Below are positions 49,601-60,678 of a stretch of DNA of 64,000 bases, one piece after another (the first letter of the stretch is position 1; every line of letters starts with the position of its first letter). The stretch spans positions 41,850,001-41,914,000 of the forward strand of contig OZ241831.1 of the NCBI GenBank assembly GCA_965202585.1, read 5' to 3'. Below the pieces are notes generated by a model. That model ran no database searches, was not told where the DNA came from, and was given only the letters and a program-made list of their open reading frames with translations. The stretch comes from Thalia democratica (lineage: Eukaryota). A program made the translations under genes and the position numbers.

Positions 49601-52600
49601 GTTAAAAGTACTTTTTTAATAGAAAGGGTTTAATTAACAAATATTCTAAACTATAAATATAAACTGTGTAACAACCTATATATTTATAAAAGTCCAAAAT
49701 TGATACTATGAAAACTTTAATTAGCAGCTATTCCTTTTCAAAACAAATAATTAGTTGTATTTATAAACACATATTTGAAATTTAGTTCACACATCACGCT
49801 CTTAAATAAAAAAAATATTCAGAATAGAGAGGTAGTTGCTATTTTTGCGAGACACTCTTTAGTAACATAAGTACATAAACTTTTTGTTTAATGTACTATA
49901 TATTTAAACGAAGGTCTCAAAAACTCATTTTCACAAACGTAACTTTGACGGAAATTTAAAAATTGTAGCCTCTTTATTAGTAAATTACCATTTATATTTT
50001 TTGCTGCCTTATAAACAACGCCCCCTTTTAACAAGAATTTTCCTAAAATGGACAATACTAATTAAAATTATTTTTTTTAAATTGAAGTTTGTAAAAAAAA
50101 ACTTATGATAACATATTTTTTTAAATATATAATACGTAAGCAAGACGTTCCCAATTTATTTTATCAAACCGACTTTAAAAAAACAACATTAATAATGATA
50201 TCTATTTTAGGGAAATTTAGTTTAAAAGGGAGCGTTATTTAGTTAGGCGGCGAAAAATACAAACGGTGATTTATTATTTAAGAGACTTTAATAATACATT
50301 ATATAAATTAAAGATTATATAGTACACAAGCAAAACATTTTAAAATAATTGAACGAAACCTTTTAAGCTATAATTCATAGAAAGCTAGTAAAAAATAATA
50401 AATTTTGCTAGAAATTAAATTCAAATTATGAGTTTTAAATATTTCAAAATTATAATTAAAAATAAAAACTGAAGATTACAAAATATCTAAACATTTTTAA
50501 TAATGTAGTCAGATTAAAAGGTACCTTTTATTGACTGCTTTAATATTTGATAGTCTTCGGTTTCGATTGAAGTACTACTGAGTTGTTTATCTAAAAAGTC
50601 ATTTATACTTACAATAAAAGTTTTAAATTTTTAAACTAGCCATATGTTTTATCGTTTTATACTAAGCAGCAACAGTATATTTATTTATTTTTTGGTAAAA
50701 AAACTAAGAATATTATAAAAACAGAGTTTTTTTTATTGATAATTAAATCTGTTATAATTTCAATGATAGGTATAAAACTATTACTAGGTACGAAATATGT
50801 AAAAAAGCAATTTTACACTTTTAAAACTGATCATTTTTTCTCAGTTGTAAACACCTACTTAACGCCTTTGTAAAAATTATACTTTGATAAACAAAATTAA
50901 TACATATACAGAAAAAATTGCTTAGATAAATTAAAAAAGGAAAATGCATTATATATTTATTAATTATAAAAAAACACTCGAACTTATATGCACTTTGCTT
51001 TGAGTCAATCATTCTGCTAAGAGTGTTGATTAAACACAAAAATTAAACTTGATTTTTAAATTTTCACATCTGTTTCTTTACAAAAGATAGACTAATCTGA
51101 TTTATAATAGTCATATACTGCTTAAGTTTTATCTAAAGTTTAATAAATTTTTGCAAATTTTAGGTAGATTACGGTTACATAAATAAAGTTTTACTTTGAT
51201 TTTCCTCTGTGTCAGTTTTTGCTTCAAATGTTTCGTTAGGAAGACTACATTTTCCATTACTTTTAGAGTCATTTGTAGTTTCTTAAAAACAATTAATCAA
51301 GATAATTTTTTTAAATATTTAATTATTTCTACTACTAATTATGAACAATGTATCTCGTAAAGCATAGTGTCTAAAAGTATTTCTTACTCTTAAGTTTTGT
51401 TTTTTTCTTCGACTTAATTGTAGGACTACTGCTTTTTTCTTGAGGTAATTTAGAGAAAACTTTTCTTGTTTCTTGGTCTTGGTTACTTGAATTTTCCTCA
51501 GTAGTTTTTATCTTTGAAACTTTCTTAGCTAATTCATTTATAAATGTTGTATTCGGGTTTTATTTAGCAAATTAATAAATGTTTCTAAACAAAACCTGTA
51601 TATTTGAAACTTTTAAAGCACTTGAATGTGCAAAAATTGTTATAATTACAGTAAATAAACATACATTTTTTCTTTAAAGTCATAAAAAAAAATTATAAAC
51701 TCGAAACTAAAACTAAACTATAAAACAACATCAAACACCAGACAAATATCATTAACGAAAATTTTTAACTTAGTTTATTTTGACTTTTTGTTTGTTCTTA
51801 CTTACATAAATCTATTAAATATAAAAATTAAGCTTCAGTTTAAAAATAATTTTTTTCACAAAAATTATCAGTAAACACGTATAAATGCCTTAACTTAAAC
51901 ATACTATAAGGGCATAGGAGATTAGACACTTTTTACGTGATGATGTAATATAATGATTTTCATTTTCGCTAACAGTTCAATAGGATCTTTATGGAGGTCT
52001 AAGTTAAAATGGTAAAAAAAATTATATTAAGTTAAAAAATATCGTCTCCTACAATTTTTATGCACTCTGTATTAAATTTTTAAAATGTAATCTTAACTTT
52101 TAATAAATAATACTAATGTAGGACTAAAAAAGCACTGGGTGAAACAATTTGCACACTAATTTTCTTTATTGTCCTCCTAGACAAGACTTAAAAGTACACA
52201 AGTGGTGTGCGACTCGATAACCGAAAGGTTTTTCGTGCACCAGGTCCCAAGACCAATTATTTAAAGCGCTTTTTTGATGTTATTACAATATTAACCTGTC
52301 ATTTGTTTTTACAGGGCTTTCTTGGACTGTTTTAAACAAGTTAACACAGTTCAGCAGAGTCCTGTAAAAAAAAAGTAAGTACTGCAAGAAAAAAAAGGAG
52401 TAAAATTAGGTGAATACGTGCGTTCACTTTAGAAAAACTAAAATTACTTTAGATTAATCGTCAGTACTAGATACAATAAATACTATGGAACTAAAAAAGT
52501 GAATCAAAAGATCAATATGATTTAGTTAATAAGTTTAGATACTAAAGTACTATAAAATGCCATACAATTATCATGAAAAACATGTTATTGTAGTTAAACA

Positions 52601-55600
52601 TGTTTAAAGTTATACAAAATAGGAGTCGAATTAAACAACATATATTGTATTGTATACTATTTTATGTTAGTTTATAATGCTTATAGATTATCTTTAGTGA
52701 AGATCTATTTTCATCTACGTTATCTTCTATTCTTTTATTGCAGTAAGTATTATTTTTTTATTTACGACTCTATGGAGCTAAGTTAACTTGTTTATCACAG
52801 AAAAAACATACGTCAGTTTAATTAAGAAAAAGTACTGTGCAAATTGTTTTTTTTACATATTCCAGCGAGATTGTTTTGATAGGGCCTTTATTAACAAACG
52901 ATTAGCTTGCAGTTTTGAATACTATAGTAAAAATATGTTTTTTCTTAATAAAAAAAAAAATATTAAGTCATTTTGTTTTTTTTAAATCGTAACAATAGAA
53001 TTTTTTTTGTATGATGGAAGAAAAATTTCTAAAAACTTAAGGTCAATAACTTAAAAAAAAATATGGTTGAATTTTAATTTTCTAGTATATTAACCATAAA
53101 AAATTTGGTCGATACGTTCATATCTGCAACTTTTTACAAGAACGACTATACATCTAAATTATGTCACATTTCTAAAAACTGACTTATAGTTGAAACTCTA
53201 TGGTTTAACATAAGAACCAATGTTAGTTTTTGTAAAACAAACCCTCATACCCTTATGCCTTTAAAAATAACTAGTAGTCAATTGATGTTTTCGTTGTTTC
53301 TAGTACAGAAACAAATTATTACGATTACTATTACGATTACTTTTTACGAATGTAAAACTTTAACATCGATCGTTTGCGACAAGATTTACAAAAGAGTACG
53401 TAAATTACTTAATACAAAAAAAAAAGCTACTAACCATCAAAACTTTTATTACAGATGTTTTGTATCATTGTTTCCATCAGACATCTCTTGCTTGATTTTG
53501 TATCTAAATGAAAACAGTAAATAGAAACAAAATATTTGGTTTTTTTCGTTTGGATATATCATAAGTGTTTACAGCCTAATAATAAATACAGGTATTAAAG
53601 ATGTTGATAAATAGGATACAAATACAACTTTTAAATACTTAAATTTTGAAATAATTTTTAGTCTATTAAAGACGAGAGTAGTTCTAGGAAGTATTTAAAT
53701 CTTTAATATGCTTACCAACTGGTAGGTTATTTTTGAATAGAGAATTATCTAAATACAATTTTACGACAAATTCTTCAAAGCAGGGTTTCCAAAGTTATGG
53801 GCCATGACAGATACTCAGCGGGCCATGAGCAGCAAAGGGGCCAAAGGGGAGCCATGTAGTTAAGGAGGCACAGGGGATCATAAGGTCATAATTTGAAACT
53901 TAGATATTCTAAAATTGTTGTTGTAAAGAAAAAAAAAGGTTTTGGGTGCTTTTAATGGTAGTTTTTTAAGTAAGTTTGTTGAAGGATGCAATAGCTTTTT
54001 TAATTTCTTTAAAGGGAGCCATTTGGAAAAAAGTTTGGGAAACCCTGCTTTAAAATTTAATATGAATTTAAACGCTTATTCTAGATATGTTGAAACTAAA
54101 TGGAACTCATCAAATTACTTAATTGCCATGCAAACTAGAATGCTTTTTTAACTTAAATGTGTTTTTAATAAATATACTATTTTATTTAGGTATCTATTAA
54201 AATACTAGAAAAAAAACTTTAGGAGAGTAAATACAAATAATTAACTTAATTATATTAATTTGTCACTATAAATAAAGAATCTTAACATTATTTTACACCT
54301 ACATAGTAGTTAAACAAATACTCCTAAAAATTATAATTTTAGCTCTTTACAGTAAGCGGCGATATATATTTCGAAATGTTTTAAGTTTTAAATATATCAG
54401 TGTTATTATGTAGTTAATGTTTTACATTTTTTTGGTAAATTATAGTTTTTAGTGTACTTATTATCTACACATATGTATTTAAATCAATAAGAGCAGTTGA
54501 TTATAATTAGTTGATTATATTTTGTTTTAAAATTTCTAATAAAACATAAACTATACTAATTAGGAATATTAGTAGATAATTTTTTTGAAGGCCAAAAAAG
54601 ACTAAATGTAAAGCTTAAAAACTGATTAAAAAAATTCTAAAAACCATAACTAATTGTAATAGCATTACTAAAAAATAAATGTTAAAACGTAAATAACTTT
54701 TACCACTTCCGTCTTTTTCATAATACTGGTCTTCAATTTCTATATTATAATCTTCAATATCACTATTATTATCTTTACTATAATTATTCTTATCTTCAAT
54801 ATCACTATTATTATCTTCAATGTCATTATTTTTAACTTCGATATCATTTTTCTTATCTTCAATATCATTATTCTTATCTTCAATATCCATTTTGTTATGT
54901 TCAGTATCACTATTATTATCTTCAAAATCATTATTCTTATCTTCAATATCCATTTCGTTATGTTCAGTATCACTATCATTATCTTTAATATCAGCATTCT
55001 TATCTTCAATATTTATAATGTTATCTTCAATATCATTATTAGTGTTTTCAATATCACTATTTTTACTTTTAACTTCATTATTTTTGGCTTTAATAGTATC
55101 ATTATGAACACCAGTATCCTTAATATGACCTTCTGTATTTTGATTTTTGTCTTCTGTTTCTTGATTCTGATCTTCATTCTTTTGGTATTGGTATTTAGTA
55201 GCTTGATTCTGTTCTTTACGGCCTTGTTCGATGAGATTTCTTAGCTCATCTTTTACTTGTTTACAAGTATCTTCCGGCAGTCGAAATTCATCATCAAGTT
55301 TTAGTTCACCTTTAAGCGCCTTCTCCGTCAGTTTAAGTGCAAGTTCTTTCAGTAGATCTGAAAATTAAATCAAGAAAGTCAGTTTTTATTTTGCATACTT
55401 TTTTAAGGCAGCAACAATAAAATATTATCTTTAATAAAACTATTGTAGAAACCTGAGATTACTTTTTTTAATTACCTATAGAATTTTTATTCTATATATG
55501 AAAACAATTATATTTCAAACAAAAAAAAACAAAGTTTTTATTTTATACTCATGTTGTTTGGATTAAAAAATAACTTTGTAGATTATTTTCTAAACATAAT

Positions 55601-58600
55601 TGTTTATATATGTAGTAACAAGGATAAGACAAAATGATCACAATAAATAGTTGACATACCTTAGAACGATTTAAAAATTTAAATATTATTTTATTCTTAC
55701 TATATAATTTTTATAAGAATGAATAATATCGCATTTTACATATACAGTTAAAAACTTTTTTAACCTTTTTTGTTATCATTGTTACTTGATATCAAAAAAG
55801 TTATAAACGAAATAAAGAAGTTTAATAAAAATATTAAATATGTAAACATTTTATTTAAGGTTTTGATAACTATGATAAGTAATTTTGTTTTCACAATTAA
55901 ACATTTTATTTTCTTAAAGCTACTTTTGAATTTACAAAACAAAAACTAAACAAAAAATAAAACACTAAAAATACTTTTTTTTTTTCTAAAAAGATAATTT
56001 AATCAACTACTTATATCTACAAAGGTAATAATTAACCTTTGTTTTCATTACTATTTTTCATTTTTACAACTATTTGATCGAGGAATTTGTGAAACTTTTC
56101 AATAACTTTTTCGCAAAAACTTTCATCAGAAATATTTTCGTTGTTGTCCAAATTAAAATTATTGTTTTGAGTTTTGCTATAAAATTCCTGAGCAATCGTT
56201 TTGGAATTGTCTAGTTAATAAATCGAATAAATATGTTAGTTTTTTAAAGTAGATTCAAACCCCCTCCTATAAAATTTTTTTGTCTAAGGTAAAAAAAAAA
56301 TAAACTACTAAGTAAAAGTAAAACTTATAACTTTATACCTAAAAGTAAAGCGATAGAAAAATGATTAATTTGTTGATTAATTACTTAACAAGCATAGTTT
56401 TACAATTTAATGAACATATTAAATAAAGTTTGAAAACAAGAATAAAGTAGATTATTTAGAGAAAAGTAATTATTGATTGTAACATTAATTTTAGCGTAGG
56501 AAAGTATAATTTACAGTTAAAAAAAAAATGTTTTGCTTACCTCTTTTAAATGATTGATCCTTTAATTCTGAAAAACAAAATAAAGCACTAATTTTTTAAA
56601 ATCCTACTTTAAATAAAAAAAGCTTTGCTTACTTTACTATAATACAAGCGTAAATATAGTTTTAAATAACTTATATATTAGATAGAGCAATATATACTTT
56701 AGAAATTTATACTAAGCTTTTGTTTTAAACTCGTTATCATTTCTTAAAGTACTTTAAAAAGCGTCGTCAGCAAGCAAGTAAATAGCAACTAAAATAACAA
56801 AAAAAATTATGCAGTAGTTTATAAAATAAAGAGTACATGTTGTATCTGTAAAAAAACTTTATTATGGTTTGTTTACTTTAATAAAATCATAAATAACGGT
56901 TAACATACAAAAGGAAGATTTAATAAACTTAAATATTATAATACTATTACAGTAAATAACTCATTTTCATCTTTAAAAAATGGCTAAAGACATAAAAAAT
57001 CAAAATAGCTTCCGAAATTTATTGGTAAAAATTTTGTCATAGATTTATTTTGGCATGGAAACGTATTAAAAACTTTTAAGGTACAATTTTATCGTTTTTC
57101 AACTAAAAAAATATTGATTTGGAAAAGTAGTTCGCTTTGATACTTAATGTAGATTGTTCCGTAAAATGCTAACACAGAACACAAAAATTACATACACCTT
57201 TATGATATTTCTAATGACCATTCTTTATTTCAATAACTAACTAGTTTATAAACGTAACATAAAATAACCAACTTAGTTTATGATAAATAGTAGCTTTACC
57301 ATTGGAAAAGATTCTTTCAAAACTTTTAGTACCAAATTTAATTCTACAAATTTTAATTATAACTAAGTTTTTCAAATGTTTGTACACAGCATTACATTAG
57401 TATTTACATGGAATAAAAATTTTGTTCTCGAGAAAAGCAATTGCTATTAAAAAGCAAAACAAAATGTACTTAAGCTTAAACTGTTTTACAGATGAATACG
57501 TTTAAATTGAAGTTTATTAAGTAATAAAATTGTCACCTCTTTCTTCTTTGCTACGTCGCTCGAGTTTGCCCAACAAGCTGTAAAAATCTTCAGTTACTTT
57601 GCTGCAAAACTCTTCGGCAAGCTTTATGGTTGCCACAGACTTGAGTTCATTGTTTTGATTTTTGCTGTAATATTGCTGAACAACTGCTTTGGCATTATCT
57701 GTTTGCATGGTAGCTTGGTAAAATTTACAAATAAACGTATCATTTCAACTGTTTTAACTTAGACTTTAAGTAACATATTTTAAAACACTTAACAACCTAA
57801 GCAAGTAGATAATTTTACTATATTTAAATAAACCATTAGTTTTTTCACACAATTTCGGATGTACAACCAACTCTTCATCTTTTCTAATTGTTTTTATTGA
57901 TTTGTAGAAAACTTTATCTCCTTCTACGTAAGCCACACAATTCGCTTTTCTATGCATTTTTACTCATTGTTTTACTTTAGTAACATTTTTTGCTACACTA
58001 TGCACTGCATTACTAAACAATTTTATAATAAGTTAGCATTTGTAGTTAGTTTATTTTTGAAAAGTTCAGTCTCGAAAGTGTACTTAGTTTTTATCATCTA
58101 AAACTAAAAATAATTTTCAAACTTATTTTTTCGAACTCTGGTAAGCCAGTTGCTAGAATAACAATACCTCCCATTTACTGTTATTGAATCACCGCTTGTG
58201 TTTTTGAACTGTTTTATTATAACAAAATAAAATATATATTTCTTAATTTAATAAAGTTAGCTTAAAGTCATTTTTTCAGAGTTAGGTCATAAAACATCTA
58301 AACAACTTTAGTAACTGAAAAGCAAACATACTGAAAATAAAAATTGTATGATCCTTAAAGTTTAAAAGTTTTATTTTACATACCAAACTAATTAAAAATA
58401 TAAAATCCATACAACAAACCAACCTTCCAGTACATGTTGTCTGTTTGTCCGACTTTTCTGCTTTCGCTTCCATTGTACGGGCCAAGCTTGGTGTGCGCGC
58501 CAACTTCTTCAAACGCGACCACGCAGTGCTCGTTGTCCGAGTTGCGCATCAGCCTGAACTCTTTCGGGCAAGTGCTGAAAATTTCCATGCCGTTCTTGCT

Positions 58601-59210
58601 TGTGCCCTGAAATTATATTTTTATTTAATGGCGTTACTAAATCACGTGAGTAAATAAATTCAAATCTTAACCTGAGCAACTACGTTTTCTATTGTTCTTT
58701 TTTCTTGCACCCAGTTCTGGCCAGCTATCATAATTTATAAAAAGTTAACGAGTATAGTTATGGTTTGCAATTTTTATATGAAATTATATATTATAGTTTG
58801 GTTAGTGAATTATTTATTCAAAACAATATTCGATTAAGAAAAAAATATGTTGCAAAAAAAAGTTTTTATTTTAAGCTTTTCGAGTTTTAGTTCATTAGAT
58901 GCTTATTTTAGCTATTTAAAAAGATTTTTAATTAACTTGGTAAGTTTCCATACTAATTAAGTTAATGTTATTTAAAAAAACTTAAAGAAACATTTTTTAA
59001 ACAACTCACAATGATTTTCGATTTTCAATTCTGAGTTCAGATTTAATTTATTCGAAGTATTGTAGTCAACAACTACCGACTCATAACAGTCTCCGTAGCT
59101 CCTGAGATTACTGTTATTTACTTTCAGTCGTTTTTCTATGTCGCATAATGAGTTCTTTAATTTATTTTCAAATTTATCCGCTGCTATTCCGCACAAATTA
59201 CATGTGTTAT
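40621..59210 (-). CDS. Multi-exon gene: PRDM-type PR/SET domain, acidic heptad repeat, two Ulp1/SENP-like (C48 fold) pseudo-protease domains, basic C-terminal tail; 5' end unresolved
   Basis: Phase-consistent GT-AG chain (minus strand): 59210-59010, 58724-58672, 58606-58424, 58208-58123, 57949-57834, 57713-57537, 56567-56541, 55357-54704, 53503-53435, 51528-51388, 51281-51195, 50590-50525, 49598-49557, 49373-49355 (tentative), 49281-49209, 48891-48667, 48559-48476, 48060-47901, 47831-47797, 46882-46861 (tentative), 46746-46673, 46398-46362, 45957-45892, 44749-44663, 44360-44317, 43935-43660, 42233-42048, 41645-41501, 41438-41368, 41243-41200, 40660-40621 (KQQEMKKKTKKK-TGA). Total 3590 nt, at least 1195 aa. 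The first exon starts in phase 1, so more exons lie upstream (candidate 61311-61270). The domain exons are well supported; the short low-complexity exons are less certain, and I assume all exons belong to one gene. Confidence 0.65.
41501..43935 (-). CDS. Second Ulp1/SENP-like (peptidase C48) domain, catalytic Cys and His replaced
   Basis: Exons 43935-43660, 42233-42048, 41645-41501. Against recalled SENP1: SLYLMKKDFATLNN..LIEFYIHLM / LTITRKDIQTLNH..IINFYMNML; EYVLMID / HWCLAVVD; INEQTKASLEGVLCMKH / IPQQMNGSDCGMFACKY (ungapped); DVRLLKQKIAAVIL / HMPYFRKRMVWEIL. Confidence 0.7.
45135..45624. mobile_element. MITE with TIRs of about 55 bp
   Basis: TGTATCATTAAATTTGCAAGAAGAAACTTTTGTTCAGCGTCATTTTGCAC matches the reverse complement of GTGCGAAATTGACGCTGTACAAAAGTTTCTTCTTGCATACTTGATAATACA; internal direct repeats (GGTAACAGTGA, GACCAAGG). 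Superfamily unresolved. Confidence 0.7.
47797..49281 (-). CDS. First (more degenerate) Ulp1/SENP-like domain
   Basis: RVILSTEDFDSLYTNPTLALVGYYHQFL is clearly homologous to LYLMKKDFATLNNNPSKKLIEFYIHLM of the second domain. It is followed by HEFRIKVSHSSRIFFD and ends SHIACRIKASQFL, in the order expected for a C48 fold. The C-terminal half aligns weakly. Confidence 0.5.
48164..48355. mobile_element. hAT-like MITE, short
   Basis: TIRs CAGGGTTTCCCA / TAGGAAACCCTG; TSD poorly conserved. Confidence 0.6.
49965..50290. mobile_element. MITE with imperfect TIRs of about 90 bp (possibly Tc1/pogo-derived)
   Basis: GCCTCTTTATTAGTAAATTACCATTTATATTTTTTGCTGCCTTATAAACAACGCCCCC matches the reverse complement of GGGAGCGTTATTTAGTTAGGCGGCGAAAAATACAAACGGTGATTTATTATTTAAGAGAC. 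Confidence 0.7.
51907..52140. mobile_element. MITE family B-related partial copy
   Basis: Starts TAAGGGCATAGGAG and contains TATCGTCTCCTAC; the second terminus was not found. Confidence 0.4.
53781..54047. mobile_element. hAT (Charlie-like) MITE
   Basis: TIRs CAGGGTTTCCAAAGTT / AAGTTTGGGAAACCCTG, degenerate 8-bp flanks CTTCAAAG / CTTTAAAA, internal GGGCCA/GGGAGCCA motifs. Confidence 0.75.
54720..55070 (-). repeat. Coding 21-nt minisatellite (consensus GATATTGAAGATAAGAATAAT, DIEDKNN) within the 654-nt exon 55357-54704
   Basis: Roughly 16-17 degenerate 7-aa units (DIEDKNN, DIEDNNS, DTEHNKM). This explains the five overlapping ORF-track entries here; only the D/E/N-rich minus frame joins the flanking splice sites in phase. 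Confidence 0.9.
57834..58606 (-). CDS. PR/SET (PRDM-family) domain, three exons
   Basis: CPKEFRLMRNSDNEHCVVAFEEVGAHTKLGPYNG...MYWK|F...VNGRYCYSSNWLTRVRKNK|KANCVAYVEGDKVFYKSIKTIRKDEELVVHP aligns with the recalled PRDM pattern LP.GL..GVW....FGPY.G...WLI...VDG...ANWMRYVNCAR..QNLVAFQ...IFYR...I.PG.ELLVWY. Confidence 0.9.
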
Positions 59211-59440
59211 CTAAGAAATAGATTATAAGCATTTATTTTTTAATGATAAAAATAGACTGTTATTATTTTCGTTAGAATGTTTTTGAAAAAATTATTAAGG
59301 TTATTAATAAATTAAAATTATTATTATTTATTATAATTGATTAAGATTATCTTTGAAAAAGCATAGTTTTGGGTATTTGATACTTTAAGATTTCTAGACT
59401 ATGAATGATAAGCTTTTTATGATTTGAAAAATCATTTTTT

Positions 59441-60133
59441 TAAGGCCATAGGGGGGGGGGTCCACTTTGTTTTTTACAACTTGATCTTATTTTGTAGAAT
59501 TTAATCTGAGCTATCAGACACTTTTAACCGCTTAAAAAAACTCAAAGTAACTTTTGAGATATAAGCGATCAAAGAAAGGGCGTTCTATAGGTTCCTTATG
59601 GAAGGCGAAAACTAAAAATGCGAAAAAAGACTATTTCACTAAAAATCTATCTCCTCCTTCATTTTTTGAGTAATCTTTCTCAAATTTTTACAGAATGTGT
59701 ATCATTAAACTTTAAAGAGAAAAATTGTAGGAATTTTTTTAATTTTGAGTAAAAAAAAAATTATTGTCAAAAAACTACCCTTTTTTTTAGTTTTTTGTGG
59801 ATAAAATTTTTATTTTTCAAAATTTCAAAAATTCCAACATTCAGATTCTTCAAAATATTAAAAGAAACATTTCCTGAAAATTTGAAGTCTCTAGGTCAAT
59901 AAATGAAGGAGGAGATAGGTTTTTAGTGAATTTTTAAATTTCCGAGAAAATTGACCCCAAAAAATTTGCGGTCCGTACGTTTGTATCGGAAACTTTTTAC
60001 AAAAAATAAAATATCTCAAAAGTTAAATTATATTTTTGAATTCTATAAAAACAGGCTTGTAGTTTGTATTTTAAGCTTTCATATAAAATCCAAAGTTATT
60101 TTTTGTAAAAAAAAAAGTCGGACCCCCCCCTAT
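59441..60133. mobile_element. MITE family B, opposite orientation, right TIR truncated
   Basis: TAAGGCCATAGGGG..TCCACTTTGTTTTTTACAACTTGATCTT matches the reverse complement of the right end of 33813-34485; it ends GTCGGACCCCCCCCTAT. Confidence 0.8.
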
Positions 60134-60228
60134 TTGAAAAATTTATTAGTTTAAGTCATACTTTAGTAATTTACTAAAAATATATAACAGAATACATTTC
60201 ATTTTCTTTAAATTTATTTAAGTACTTT

Positions 60229-60678
60229 CAAAGTAGGACTCATCAGAAATAGTTTCCTACATAATTGGAATGAATACAAATTGAAATAGAATTATACTGA
60301 AGTTTAAAGTTTTAAGATATAAAATGACGTAATAATCAAATGTTAAAAATTAAATAAGTGCTAATGCTAAACAAATTTGGTATACTAATAAAACTCGGTA
60401 GAATTAAAACAATCTAAATAAAGAAGCGATAAAAATTTTAAATTAAAACTATGCTTAAAAATAAATTTAACAAGAAACTAATTACTTTAAAATTACTAAT
60501 ATAAGGATTTAAAAAGTCTAGTTTGGTAAACGAACTTTTTCTGCTTACATAAACTGGGCCTTAAAGATTGAATACATAAGGCTTCCAGAATATGCAATTG
60601 AAAAGAGTTCTCCGCTCTCACTAAGACTGAAAAATTGTCCTTTTTATAATTTTTTACACACTCAGGATTGTCCAACAA
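60229..60678 (-). mobile_element. Penelope/Poseidon-type PLE 3' fragment (end of GIY-YIG endonuclease, 3' region, partial hammerhead core)
   Basis: LLDNPECVKNY..NFSVLVRAENSFQLHILEALCIQSLRPSLCKQKKFVY is a typical Penelope-clade endonuclease C-terminus. CTGATGAGTCC (minus strand, 60246-60236) sits at the 3' end. Confidence 0.75.

Noticed and set aside
54740-55244. Hydrophobic I/L/S/F-rich ORFs that look like membrane proteins
   Set aside because: They are antisense or shifted readings of the 21-nt coding minisatellite.
56090-56150. CTGATGA...GAAA on the minus strand
   Set aside because: No credible stem II or stem I pairing; a chance match in AT-rich DNA.
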